Positions 36,381-46,360 of a stretch of DNA of 64,000 nucleotides are shown here, one piece after another. The stretch spans positions 4,988 to 68,987 of the IMG/VR virus record IMGVR_UViG_2846430886_000002; one strand, written 5' to 3'. The position numbers were made by a program, and so were the translations under genes. This stretch comes from a virus. The notes under the pieces were generated by a model, which was given only the letters and a program-made list of their open reading frames with translations, did no database searches and had not been told where the DNA came from. Position 1 is the first letter of the stretch. Each line of letters begins with the position of its first letter.

Positions 36381-39300
36381 CTCTCTCTGTACAGTCTCGT
36401 TCGCACGTCACTGGTACCGGCATAGTAAAATCTTGTCGATTGATCGGTTTTATTAACTCCGGATGTTCCTTAAACAGATCTCCTTTATATAGTTCTGTTT
36501 GAAAATCAGCGAGATCCTGTCCTGCTGCACCTTTTACGCTAACAAGTGAAATAGTGACTGAAGCACAGCACTTTTCCTTTGATTTACACAATTTGTTCTG
36601 TGCTTCCGCTGTAGCTGCGTCAACTTCAGCATTCATGGCTTCAATAGCGGGGGCTCCTTTCGGCAATTCTGTTCCTGTTCTTTGAGTATTATCATATCTG
36701 TTAGGTCTAGGTATAAGTTCCGCAGTCTGTGCTTGATAGCAGGATACTACTCCCACTCGGTCATACTTATTTTTGCATTCCATCTTTATTCTTTGAATTA
36801 AGGGGTTTTTATCCTTTCCATTGGAATGCCCTACTACAATACGTATTTTACATTCTTCTGGGTCTTTTGGTTTTTCATTACAGCAGCATTGCTTATCCCC
36901 CATAGGTTTGCCTTTACAGCAGCAGTTTCCTCCGCTTGATTCTCCCGCTCCGCTCCCTCCGCCTGATGCCGCCAATCCCAGAACATCTACCAGGAATACC
37001 GGAGAATTCTCTACAAACATGTACAGTCCAAAGCTGGCACTCTCCCCTACCGGATCACGGCTGATCCACCTGCCATCAAGCGGGGCATAGTGCCTGTAAT
37101 TGTAATAGGAAAGCGCCTGTTCCGGTTCAAAGACTTCACTGCTCCATTGCAGCGGGTTCACCTGCGCCAGCTCTCCGTCTGATGTCACGGAGCCATAAGG
37201 AGCATAGTCATAGACAGCAACACTCTGTCCCTGCTCATTCATCAGTTCCGAGACATTCTTCCCGAAGTCAATCCCGTACAGGTACAGGCTCCCCCCGGTG
37301 GTCAGGGCCAGCGGCTCCGTCGCCTGCCCGCTGGCAGGGTCCCACAGAAGGGTGTGCCTGACAGCGGCGCTCTGCAACATGTCCAGCGCGGCAATTTGCA
37401 AGGCACCCCGGTACAGGTAGCATTCATGCTGCGTCACCGTGCCGTCCTGCGTCACCTTTCTGTACCATCTGCGGCCCATGTAGTCGTACCCGCATTCTAC
37501 TTCCGTGCCATCCTGCGTGAACTTCACGGGGCGGTTTTCCGCATTATAGGCTACATCCCAGATTCCCGTACTTGTTTTAATTTTAGTCTGGTTGCCGTCC
37601 GTGTCGAATGTGGGCACGAAGGGAAGTTCTGCGTCCTTTTTCCTGATGGCAGAGTATTGGTTCAGATGATTGGCAGCATAGGTGGTGTCCCCTGTAGCTC
37701 CTTCTCCTGTCTTCCGGTTGCCTGCGTTGTCATAGGTGTAGGAGTAGTTCTGCGCTCCCACATGGGCTCTCGTCATCTCGCCCCGGTCATTGTAGGTGAA
37801 GGCATCATTCCTCACCGGCTCCGTCCCCCTCTGCTGGCTGCGGGTGGCAGGCCTGCCCAGGGCGTCATGCGTCTGCGTGCGTGCCGTCAGCACCACTCCG
37901 TCTCTCCTGTAAAGTGTCTGCGTTGGCAAATCCCGGTGTTCTTCATAGCTCAAATCCCGGAAGATACCGCCCGGCATGGTCAGCGTGCCCGGAAGGTGGG
38001 TGCCGGATACGTAGGAGTAGGAGAAGTTCTTCTCTCCCGCCGCTGTCTGAATCCCTGCGGAAGCGAGACGACCGTCCGTTCCGTAGCCCTGAAGGGCATG
38101 AAGGAGAGAGGCAGCGCCCCCTCTGGTCAGCTCATAGCCGGATGTGCGTCCATAGTCATCGTAATTTTCCTTCAGGCTGTAGACGATGCCCCCAATGGTC
38201 ACTTCCTCTGTCTCTGGTCTGTCGCAGGAGTCATAGGTGATCTCTCTAGTGCCGGAGCTGTCTTCCACTGCCACCGGCATTCCCAGATGGTTGTAGGTAT
38301 AGAAGATGTCCGGCGTCTGTTCATCGGAGTACAGCCGGGACTTCAACAAGCGCGTGACCGTATCGTAAGCATAGCTGACCGTCTGCCCTCTGGCATTGGT
38401 CACGGAGGCCACCTGGTTCATGTCTCCATAGGTGGTCATCTCGGTACTGCCGTCCGGGTAGGTCTTCTTGAGCACCAGTTTTTCCTGCCAGGCGTATTCC
38501 CACTCGGTCACGTCTCCATCCGTGCGGGAAGAGGGATCGGTCGTGATGGTCTCTGCGTCGCAGCGGAAGGTCGTCAGGCGGATCAAATTACTCGCCTCGT
38601 CATAGGCGAAGCAGGCGGGCCGGATGCCTGTCCCGTATTCTGCCGTCTGGCGTCCGTAGATGTCGAACTTATAACAAGTCGTCTTTCCCAAGGCATCCGT
38701 AAGGATGGCAGGCATCCCCGTAGGCAGGTCATAGGATACGGTGGCAATGCCTCCGGCAGCGTCCGTCATCTGAATGAGGCGGTCCATGATGTCCTTCTTC
38801 TCCGTCACCGCATTACCGCGCCCATCCGTCTGAATGACCGTGCTGCCGGTGGCCGTGTACGCACGGCTCCAGGTGGTGGTGACTCCGGCGTGATCCTTTT
38901 GTGAAACGGTAAAGCCGTCCGTCACCAGTGTCTCCGCCGTGATGGAAGAGGTGGGAATGGTGCGCTGGACTTTTCTCTTTGTCGCGCCGTTGTACTCTGT
39001 CCAGGTGGTCGTGACATAGCCGTGAATGTCCGTGGCAATTGTCTTGCTTTCCAAGGTAGAACTTAACTCGGAAACCAGTTCCTCCTGCGTACTTGTCAGG
39101 GGATAGCCTGCGGCGTTGTAGTCGGTCACGGTCGTTTTCCGATATACTCCGTCCGTCTTTTCCTCGTATTCATAGGCGTATTCCTTGTACGGGGAATTGT
39201 AGGGCGTGGGGGACGTGGACAGAGGCCGGATTTCCGTGCACAGTTCTCCCATGAGATCGTACTCGAAGGTTATCTTTACACCACGGCTCTCCAGAAGGAT

Positions 39301-42300
39301 TTGCTGTCCCTTGTCATTGTAGTCAATTCTTTCTTTCAGAGGTCTATAGAAACCTGTTGCTATGCTTGTTAAATACAACCGGGTCTTGCGGTTGCGCTGA
39401 TCATTCTCCGTCTCGCTGATCTGACGGTTCGTCCCGGTGATGGTGGCATGGACATCAATCCCGCCGGGATTGGGCATGTAGGTGTAGGTCAGCGGGTACT
39501 GGCCCGGCAGGGACTGGGTACGCAGTGAGCCGTCGTGGTTCCATTCCGTGACCTGCTGTGCTCCGGTGGGAAGTGTGACCGTTTCCTTCAGCCCACGGTC
39601 GGCATAGGCAAAGGTGGTCACGCGACCCAGCTCGTCCTCCTTGCGAACAATCCGGCCCAGTCCGTCATAGACGGTGGCCTTTTGCCTGCTCATGGAACCG
39701 ATGTCAGTTCTTTCTGTCAGTACGCGGCCTGCCGCATCCCGCGTAAAGCCGGTGATGGTCTCCGGCGTGGTCTCCGTCTCGGAACGGATGGTCTCTACCA
39801 ACTGGCGGGCGGTATTGTACCCGTAGGAGGTCAGCACGCCGTCCTCGTCCACCTCGTGCAGGGGGCCGCAGCACATCCATTCCGTAGTGCTGACGCGTCC
39901 GTTGCCGCGCGTCGTCTTTGTCCGGCGGCGCTGTTCGTCATATTCATAGGAGGCTGTGGCAATGAGGCTCCAATCCTCTCCGGTGTGAACGTAGCTTTCT
40001 TCCCGCGTCACTGTATCTTCCAGGGTAATGTACTGGACTGTCCGCTCACTTCTACCCGGCACGACAACGCCGTTCACCCGGCTTTCTCTCACTGACTTGT
40101 TGGCGGCTCCGTACAAGGCCGTATCCTCATACGTCCAGAACTGCTGCACACCGTTTTCTTCCTGGCTCATTCTGACACGTCCCCGCGCATAAGAGGGAGA
40201 GGCCGCGTCTCCGTACAGCTCCAGAATTGTTGTCTGCGGCGGAGTGGCGCCCGATGTGGGGGTGAGGACTTTCGTTGTGCGGTTGACCTGGGGAGAGTCC
40301 TCATAGGTGTACACCGTCGTAGAGACATGATCTTCCGAGCCGCTGGGATAGAGGTAGATGTCTCTCACCTGGGCGGGGCGGTAGTCATTGAAACGCTGGT
40401 CGGCATAGGTTGTCCGTTGTGCTCTTTCCCTATAGTCGTCCAGCCAGGGGGTAGCCTCCAGAGTCACGCGGCCCTGCGCGTCGTACTCGTACCGGGTATA
40501 GCCGCCATTGGGCTTGACCTCCAGGGAAACGCGGTACTGGTCGTTATAGGTGTAGGTGGTCGTCTCGGCCTCCGGGGTGCCGTAGCCATTTGTCCGGCTC
40601 AAGACGAGCCAGCCGCCCTCCGTGTTCTTCTTGATCGTGCGGGTGCAGGAAGCGGGGGTGTCTTCATTGACGCCCCTGACGGTTTTAATTTCCTCCCACT
40701 TGGCTCCCGGCAGGTAGTTCCTCTGGTAGGTGGTAATGATCCGCTCATCTCCTGTGCCCTCGGTAATGGTGATGTTGTTCCCCTCAATCCGGCGCTCGAT
40801 TTGCAAGGTGGTCTGGCCGTTCTGCTGGTTGATAATGTCCATCACCTTCACGTCGCCTTCTCTCCGGCAGGTGTAGGAGTAGGCTTTCATCGGCGGTTCC
40901 AGGGGTGTCCAGCCGCTTTGGGCGTCGCCGGTGAACTGTCCCTGTGTGTACCATCCGATAGCAAGATGATTCGTGTAACGCTCCAGGAGGAACAGTCCCT
41001 GGGTGGCGCTCCAAATGCTGGTGATCTCTCCGGCGCTGTCGCGCGTGACCTGAAGGCGGCTGTCATAGGTCTGGGCGGAGACGGTGGCTCCCGTCTTGGT
41101 CGTCATTTCCACCACCTTGCCCGTCGCCACGGAAAATCTCTGGGCGGAGCCGTCCGGCTGAACGAGTCTGACATAGGCGGGCGTGCCCTCCGTGCAGGGG
41201 GTGAGATCCTCATTCAGGTATTGGGCCAGGGAGCCGTCTTTCTGGGTGATGCCCTGGCGTTCCCCCGTGTCGGAACCGGAAGCGGCCTGGTAATACTGGA
41301 TACGTCCGGAGGGCCGGGTAAAGACGGCCTGCCGGGTGGTATCATGATAGACCATGGTCCATTCCATGGGACTCTCATAGCGGAAGCCGATGCCGCAGTG
41401 TACCGGCTCATTACCTGCCGCCCGCAGGCGGGAACTCCTGGTGGGGGGCGGGGCGTCCGGGTCGGGATCGCCGTCTACTACGCCGTTGCCGGTACAGCCT
41501 CCCGGCTCCTGGCCGTCTTCAATGGGGAGAGTCTGTCCGTCACTTCCGTTGCCCTGGTTGCAATCTTCATCACAGTCGCCGCAGGAAGGACAGGCTGGCT
41601 GATCCGTGGGAGGATCACTGGACTCTCCGCTGGATTCTCCACTAGACTCTCCGGAAGGTACGGAACCGGAAGACTCCGAACTAAGAGAGGATGAGCTGGA
41701 GCTGGATACGGAAGAGGATGGAGGGGCGCTGGACTCGCTGGAACTCACCGGGAGCGGAGGGATGGGGCCGGAGGACTCTGAAGAAGAGGGAGGGGCGCTG
41801 GACTCACTGGAACTCACCGGGGGCGGAGGAATGGGGCCGGAGGGCTCTGAAGAAGAGGAAGAACTGGAAGAGGAAGAACTGGAAGAGGAAGAACTGGAAG
41901 AGGAAGAACTGGAAGAGGAAGAACTCGAAGAACTCGAAGAACTCGAAGAACTCGAAGAACTCGAAGAGCTCGAAGAGCTGGAAGAGCTGGAAGAGCTGGA
42001 AGAGCTGGAAGAGCTGGAAGAGGACGGCGCGCCAGAGGAAGACGGGCCGGGCCACCAGCCGGAGGAGCTGCCGGGGGTGCCGCTGCTGCTGGATGAATCA
42101 TCCGGATCTTCCTTTTTGGCAGAGGAGGAGGAAGAGGAACTGTCAAAGCCCCATTCCGGGTCCTCTCTCTCGTCAGAGGAGGAGGAAGAGTTGTCCCCAG
42201 GGGTGACTTCCTGAATGTAGAGCTGCTTCAGGATCATTCCTGCGCCTGTCGCCAGACGGGATGACGCCGTATCCCCCAGTATGTAAGTCCCTGCCGTGGG

Positions 42301-42711
42301 GTAGCCGGAAGTGGACATCAGGGCTACGCACCCCTCATACGGGTAGCCCATGGAGGCATAGTGGCCGTGGGCTATCTCGCAATAGTAATATCCTTTCTGA
42401 TCCAGATAAACCGACTTCACCGCCGTATTCAGCGTGCCTGCGGACTTGGTGATGATAAAATCTTTCGACGGGATGGAAAGGGTGATGGTCGTATCCGCGT
42501 CTATGCGGAAGTAGTATGTGCCCGGTACTGTGACCTCAATATGGCCTCTCCAAACGTGAAAGGTGTCCTGTGGCTGGCGCATGATCTCCACGCGGGCCGG
42601 AGCATTGTCAGCTCCTATATAGATGTCGGCGGCGGCAGGAACGTTCCCCTCTCCCATGGGGATGAAAGGAATGGAAAGGGGGTCAGCAGGGTTTTCTTGT
42701 TCAGTTTTCAT
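36364..42711 (-). CDS. Rhs/YD-repeat polymorphic toxin with PA14-like N-terminus, poly-Ser linker and Cys-rich C-terminal domain
   Basis: Many YD repeats. Core end YYNYRHYAPLDGRWISRDPVGE...DVLGL (~36975), followed by a lower-GC tip. Confidence 0.92.
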   Translation of the reverse strand: MKTEQENPADPLSIPFIPMGEGNVPAAADIYIGADNAPARVEIMRQPQDTFHVWRGHIEVTVPGTYYFRIDADTTITLSIPSKDFIITKSAGTLNTAVKSVYLDQKGYYYCEIAHGHYASMGYPYEGCVALMSTSGYPTAGTYILGDTASSRLATGAGMILKQLYIQEVTPGDNSSSSSDEREDPEWGFDSSSSSSSAKKEDPDDSSSSSGTPGSSSGWWPGPSSSGAPSSSSSSSSSSSSSSSSSSSSSSSSSSSSSSSSSSSSSSSSSSSSSSSSSSSSSSSSSSSEPSGPIPPPPVSSSESSAPPSSSESSGPIPPLPVSSSESSAPPSSSVSSSSSSSLSSESSGSVPSGESSGESSGESSDPPTDQPACPSCGDCDEDCNQGNGSDGQTLPIEDGQEPGGCTGNGVVDGDPDPDAPPPTRSSRLRAAGNEPVHCGIGFRYESPMEWTMVYHDTTRQAVFTRPSGRIQYYQAASGSDTGERQGITQKDGSLAQYLNEDLTPCTEGTPAYVRLVQPDGSAQRFSVATGKVVEMTTKTGATVSAQTYDSRLQVTRDSAGEITSIWSATQGLFLLERYTNHLAIGWYTQGQFTGDAQSGWTPLEPPMKAYSYTCRREGDVKVMDIINQQNGQTTLQIERRIEGNNITITEGTGDERIITTYQRNYLPGAKWEEIKTVRGVNEDTPASCTRTIKKNTEGGWLVLSRTNGYGTPEAETTTYTYNDQYRVSLEVKPNGGYTRYEYDAQGRVTLEATPWLDDYRERAQRTTYADQRFNDYRPAQVRDIYLYPSGSEDHVSTTVYTYEDSPQVNRTTKVLTPTSGATPPQTTILELYGDAASPSYARGRVRMSQEENGVQQFWTYEDTALYGAANKSVRESRVNGVVVPGRSERTVQYITLEDTVTREESYVHTGEDWSLIATASYEYDEQRRRTKTTRGNGRVSTTEWMCCGPLHEVDEDGVLTSYGYNTARQLVETIRSETETTPETITGFTRDAAGRVLTERTDIGSMSRQKATVYDGLGRIVRKEDELGRVTTFAYADRGLKETVTLPTGAQQVTEWNHDGSLRTQSLPGQYPLTYTYMPNPGGIDVHATITGTNRQISETENDQRNRKTRLYLTSIATGFYRPLKERIDYNDKGQQILLESRGVKITFEYDLMGELCTEIRPLSTSPTPYNSPYKEYAYEYEEKTDGVYRKTTVTDYNAAGYPLTSTQEELVSELSSTLESKTIATDIHGYVTTTWTEYNGATKRKVQRTIPTSSITAETLVTDGFTVSQKDHAGVTTTWSRAYTATGSTVIQTDGRGNAVTEKKDIMDRLIQMTDAAGGIATVSYDLPTGMPAILTDALGKTTCYKFDIYGRQTAEYGTGIRPACFAYDEASNLIRLTTFRCDAETITTDPSSRTDGDVTEWEYAWQEKLVLKKTYPDGSTEMTTYGDMNQVASVTNARGQTVSYAYDTVTRLLKSRLYSDEQTPDIFYTYNHLGMPVAVEDSSGTREITYDSCDRPETEEVTIGGIVYSLKENYDDYGRTSGYELTRGGAASLLHALQGYGTDGRLASAGIQTAAGEKNFSYSYVSGTHLPGTLTMPGGIFRDLSYEEHRDLPTQTLYRRDGVVLTARTQTHDALGRPATRSQQRGTEPVRNDAFTYNDRGEMTRAHVGAQNYSYTYDNAGNRKTGEGATGDTTYAANHLNQYSAIRKKDAELPFVPTFDTDGNQTKIKTSTGIWDVAYNAENRPVKFTQDGTEVECGYDYMGRRWYRKVTQDGTVTQHECYLYRGALQIAALDMLQSAAVRHTLLWDPASGQATEPLALTTGGSLYLYGIDFGKNVSELMNEQGQSVAVYDYAPYGSVTSDGELAQVNPLQWSSEVFEPEQALSYYNYRHYAPLDGRWISRDPVGESASFGLYMFVENSPVFLVDVLGLAASGGGSGAGESSGGNCCCKGKPMGDKQCCCNEKPKDPEECKIRIVVGHSNGKDKNPLIQRIKMECKNKYDRVGVVSCYQAQTAELIPRPNRYDNTQRTGTELPKGAPAIEAMNAEVDAATAEAQNKLCKSKEKCCASVTISLVSVKGAAGQDLADFQTELYKGDLFKEHPELIKPINRQDFTMPVPVTCERDCTERGGVEL
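41720..42021. repeat. Tandem repeats encoding the Ser/Pro linker of the Rhs protein
   Basis: Two 69-bp units (41720, 41789), then arrays of GAAGAGGAAGAACTG, GAAGAACTC and GAAGAGCTG. Confidence 0.9.
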
Positions 42712-42986
42712 AAAAGAAGGTATTCAGGATGTCGGTTTACAGATGGTAGTCATTGATTAAGAGACAAAATGCTCTTGAATCATTTTTCATATTGTCCCCA
42801 TCCTTTCCGTAGTCAATATAAAAAAAGAAAAGTTTCCTGATTTTTCCTTTTTTCTCCTGTTGGAAATGAATGCGACTCATTTTTATTCAAAGTATAAGGC
42901 CTTTATCAAGGAAGGCCCGTTACGGAGTGAGTGCGGTAATCCTGCCACTGTCCCCGGTGAATACGGATGAAGGGGGTGCCTTCCCT

Positions 42987-45900
42987 TTACAGCCTGATCC
43001 AGCCGGGCCGGTAGATGTCTTCGTAGTCGCTGACCTCGCTGACGAACCATTTTTTCTGCACCATGACTTTTTCCTGATTACCGAGCCATGCGGCCCACCA
43101 GGAGAAGGTGGAACAGGAGATGACCAGCTCCTGCATGCTGCTCATGGAGCGGAGGGCGGACAGGACGCTTTCTTCATTCAGGACGAGATCGAACCGGGCG
43201 GCTCCGGGGACGGAGGCCACCAGGTCCAGGGCCAGACGGGGGGAGTCGGAAAAGATGTGGAGCGTTTTGATGTTATCTGAAATTCTGCTGAAGGCCTCTT
43301 CCAGGAATCCGGCATCCGGCGTCTGGAACTTGTGGAGGAGTTTCAGGTAGTCTCCCATGCGCAGGTGGACGCCTGCCTCGCCCTCGCGGCGGGGGGCGGC
43401 CAGCCGGGAGAAGAGGGTGCGTATTTCTTTTTCCTGTCCGGCAAAATACTTTTCGGTCTGGAAGTAGCCGGAGAGGCGTCCCTGCGTGATGGAGGCGGGG
43501 ATGGGATCATAGCTGAAGTGTTTCTCATGATAGGAGACGGGGCCGTCGTATCCGCCATTGGGACAGACGGCGGTCTCCGGCCCCAGCATCTCATAGAGGC
43601 GGCTGGTCAATTCCTCATACCGCCACGGGATACGGCACTCCAGTCCGTGCCGCAGGGCGTGGGCGTACACGGCGGCGATCTGGAAGAGGCGGTTGCCCGT
43701 GCGGGGGCCTGAATAGAAGTGGGGGGAAACGAAGAGACCCGTATCTTCTCCCATGTGGAGGGGGGCCGTGGAAGAGGGGGGCGCGGCGGCGAAGAGGGCG
43801 GCAGTGGCAGTGGATGAGGCGGCTTTTCTGGTGGGAGCGGCGGGACAGGCCAGCGGAGGGGCGTCTTCCGGTTTCCGGGCTTCCAGGCAGCATCTGCCCA
43901 TCAGCTCAAAGGGGCGTTCCGGGCGGGCTTCTTCCCGTTCCAGTCCGCGCAGTTTCTCCGTGGGGGACTGTCCCGGCTCATGGCCGGTGACGATGAAGCC
44001 TGCCAGCGTCAGGAGTCCGGCCAGGGAGTCCGACGACCAGAAGGAGCGCTGCCCCTCCCGGCTCATCATGGCCTCCAGCCCGACGCCCGGAAGCGGGAAC
44101 AAGCCGGAGAGGTCCTGCATGAAGCGCCGCCATGCAGCGGGAGCCTCTGCGGCCAGCCGCCCTGTGTCTGTGAAGGCGAGGCGAAGGATGCCGCCGGGCG
44201 CCAGGACGCGCCAGGCTTCCTTGAGGAAGTCCGCCATTTCTACCGGCGTCAGGCACTCTGCTACTCGTTCCAGGAAGAGGGCTTTTACGGTGCCGTTGGT
44301 CCATGGGAGGGGGGCGGTCAGGTCGTAGTGGGGAAGATCCACATTCAGCCAGCCTTCCAGAAAACGGTCTCCGCACCCGGCATGGATGTATTCTGTCTGC
44401 ATGGGGGGCGTCCCGGGCCGGGTTCCGCTATGTCCTGTTTCGTCTGTTGGGAGGTCTCCGGCGCGCTCATTTGCCGTTTCATGCGTTTCTTTTTCCGGCA
44501 GCAGTTCCCACAGGGAGGGCATTGCTTTCATGCGTTCGAGACGGATGGAGGAGCCGATGAAGGCGTTTCCTCCCCAGGCGAGTTGTTCGGGGTTCCATGT
44601 TTTCCAGCGCAGAACCAGCACGTCGTCCGCGCCCAGGTGCCACGAGCCGTAGCAGTGGGTGCGGCGTCTGCGAAAAACGCCATCGGGATAGAACAGAAGC
44701 TCATCCTGCCAGTATTTGTGCGTGCCCCGGTAGGCGGTGGCCGGTGTGCCATGGCGCAGGGTCTCCAGCGTGCGCAACATCTCCGGCCCGCACCAGTGGG
44801 CGGAGACGGTATCGTTCTCCGGCGCGGGGTAGCGGGTATTGGACATGAAGAGGCGGGGGGTGGAGTACGGGACAGCTCCGGCTTCCAGGGCAAGTTTGCC
44901 AAAAATCAGGTCTTCCGCGCCGGAGGGGGGGACGCGTTCTGCGAAGGCGGGGGAGACCAGCCTTTCTACGGTCCGGCGGGAAAGCAGATAGCCCGCCCCG
45001 CCGCTGGGGGCCAGTCTGCGGGCCAGCAGCTCGTCTCCGATGATGCCGTAGCGGTCATCGGCCAGCTCCGGCAGGCGGGTCAGGTCTAAATAGGTGTCGT
45101 CGTCGCACTTGAACAACCAGTCAAAGTCATGGTGGTCCAGGGCGTAGCGGAAGAAGGCGAGTACCTTTTGCGGGAGGGCGTTGTAGCTGTCCGGGGCGTC
45201 CAGTCCCACGGTGTCGGCGCGCTCGCGCTCCGGCACGATGCCGCCCAGAAAGAAGAGGCATTCCACGTCCGGGTGGGGGTGGGTGAGCCAGGTGGCGCGT
45301 ACTGCGTCTCGGCGTGCCGCGTAGCCCTGCGAGGTGCAGATGCCGACCAGTATTTTCTTTTTAGCGGTTTTCCCCTGGGTGGAAGAGATTTGGCTCCGGT
45401 AGGGAAAGTCTTCCAGGGTGGGGAGCAGTACGGTACGGCCCAGGCCTTTACGGGAGGCGCCCTTGATGGAAGTCTGGTACACTGCGGCCAGCTTCCCGTA
45501 GGTGTTGTCCAGCATCCAGGTTTCCTTGCCCAGGAGCCGGGCGCAGATCGCGCCGTGGAGGCGGTCAGTCAGGATGATGTCTGCCTGGTCGAGTCCGGCC
45601 AGAAAGAGGGTGGAGAGAAAGCGGGTGCGCTCCGGGTCATGGGTGGGCTCGTTATAGAGGCCGGAGAGGTCGAAGGTTTTATACTTGCGGCGCATGTTCG
45701 CGCCTTCCTGCCGGGATTCCGCATCCTCCCGCAGCATGAGCAGGATTTTCCTGCCGTCGTCCGTCGTGTACAGGCTCTGCCGGAGATGGTGAAGTGTGTC
45801 CCGGAAGACGGGGTCGGAGGTGATTTCTTCCGGGGCGTTGTTCAGAAGTTTTCTCGCGTCCAGGGTGAAAGCCATGTCGTCTGCCAGCAGGAGACGCGCC

Positions 45901-46295
45901 CGGCTGCCGAGGCCGGTCAGGTAGCGCAGGCTGCGCTCCTCCCGGCAGAAGACGGTGAACCGCTCGTCAAAGGTCTGTGCTACTTCTCCACACTGGTGGA
46001 AGGAACTCGGCAGGATGACGACGCGCCGGATGAGGGGATGGCCCAGAAGGCGCATGATCTCCGGCACCATGCCGTAGTAGGGGACGAAGGGGCCTCCCCC
46101 GCCGTAGACGAGGGTGAAGGGTTCACCCTTTTCCAGAATTTCCATGTAGAAGTCATGGACGGGGAGGCGGTGCCGGGTGGACCATTCTCTGGTGGCCTGG
46201 GTGAGTACCTGGTCGCCGAGGTTGCCGGGGTTGGGCTGGTAGTAGAAGGGGCCCAGGTCCCGGAGTGTTTGTAAAAGCTGGTTGTTGTGTTTCAT
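42987..46295 (-). CDS. Multi-domain glycan enzyme: polysaccharide pyruvyl transferase + GT31-like + methyltransferase-like + GT11-like
   Basis: NPGNLGD/TDRLHG/DNTYGKL; RRDAVRATW/FKCDDDTYL/SGGAGYLLS; HAGCG...WRVLAPGG; GNRLFQ/GYFQTEKYF/VHLRMGDY/STFSWWAAWL. Confidence 0.88.
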   Translation of the reverse strand: MKHNNQLLQTLRDLGPFYYQPNPGNLGDQVLTQATREWSTRHRLPVHDFYMEILEKGEPFTLVYGGGGPFVPYYGMVPEIMRLLGHPLIRRVVILPSSFHQCGEVAQTFDERFTVFCREERSLRYLTGLGSRARLLLADDMAFTLDARKLLNNAPEEITSDPVFRDTLHHLRQSLYTTDDGRKILLMLREDAESRQEGANMRRKYKTFDLSGLYNEPTHDPERTRFLSTLFLAGLDQADIILTDRLHGAICARLLGKETWMLDNTYGKLAAVYQTSIKGASRKGLGRTVLLPTLEDFPYRSQISSTQGKTAKKKILVGICTSQGYAARRDAVRATWLTHPHPDVECLFFLGGIVPERERADTVGLDAPDSYNALPQKVLAFFRYALDHHDFDWLFKCDDDTYLDLTRLPELADDRYGIIGDELLARRLAPSGGAGYLLSRRTVERLVSPAFAERVPPSGAEDLIFGKLALEAGAVPYSTPRLFMSNTRYPAPENDTVSAHWCGPEMLRTLETLRHGTPATAYRGTHKYWQDELLFYPDGVFRRRRTHCYGSWHLGADDVLVLRWKTWNPEQLAWGGNAFIGSSIRLERMKAMPSLWELLPEKETHETANERAGDLPTDETGHSGTRPGTPPMQTEYIHAGCGDRFLEGWLNVDLPHYDLTAPLPWTNGTVKALFLERVAECLTPVEMADFLKEAWRVLAPGGILRLAFTDTGRLAAEAPAAWRRFMQDLSGLFPLPGVGLEAMMSREGQRSFWSSDSLAGLLTLAGFIVTGHEPGQSPTEKLRGLEREEARPERPFELMGRCCLEARKPEDAPPLACPAAPTRKAASSTATAALFAAAPPSSTAPLHMGEDTGLFVSPHFYSGPRTGNRLFQIAAVYAHALRHGLECRIPWRYEELTSRLYEMLGPETAVCPNGGYDGPVSYHEKHFSYDPIPASITQGRLSGYFQTEKYFAGQEKEIRTLFSRLAAPRREGEAGVHLRMGDYLKLLHKFQTPDAGFLEEAFSRISDNIKTLHIFSDSPRLALDLVASVPGAARFDLVLNEESVLSALRSMSSMQELVISCSTFSWWAAWLGNQEKVMVQKKWFVSEVSDYEDIYRPGWIRL

Positions 46296-46360
46296 GGCAG
46301 TTGAGCGGTGGATGGGTGGTGGTGGTTTTCGGGGGGGAGGCGTTTTTTATCCGCAGGTGT

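Noticed and set aside
41606..42214. + strand Glu/Leu-repeat ORF (and the Lys/Asn-repeat ORF at 41691)
   Set aside because: These are antisense shadows of the poly-Ser linker of the Rhs gene.
37354..46274. Long plus-strand ORFs (37354..38904, 40327..41694, 43980..45089, 45129..46274)
   Set aside because: They are shadows of the Rhs and multi-domain GT genes.
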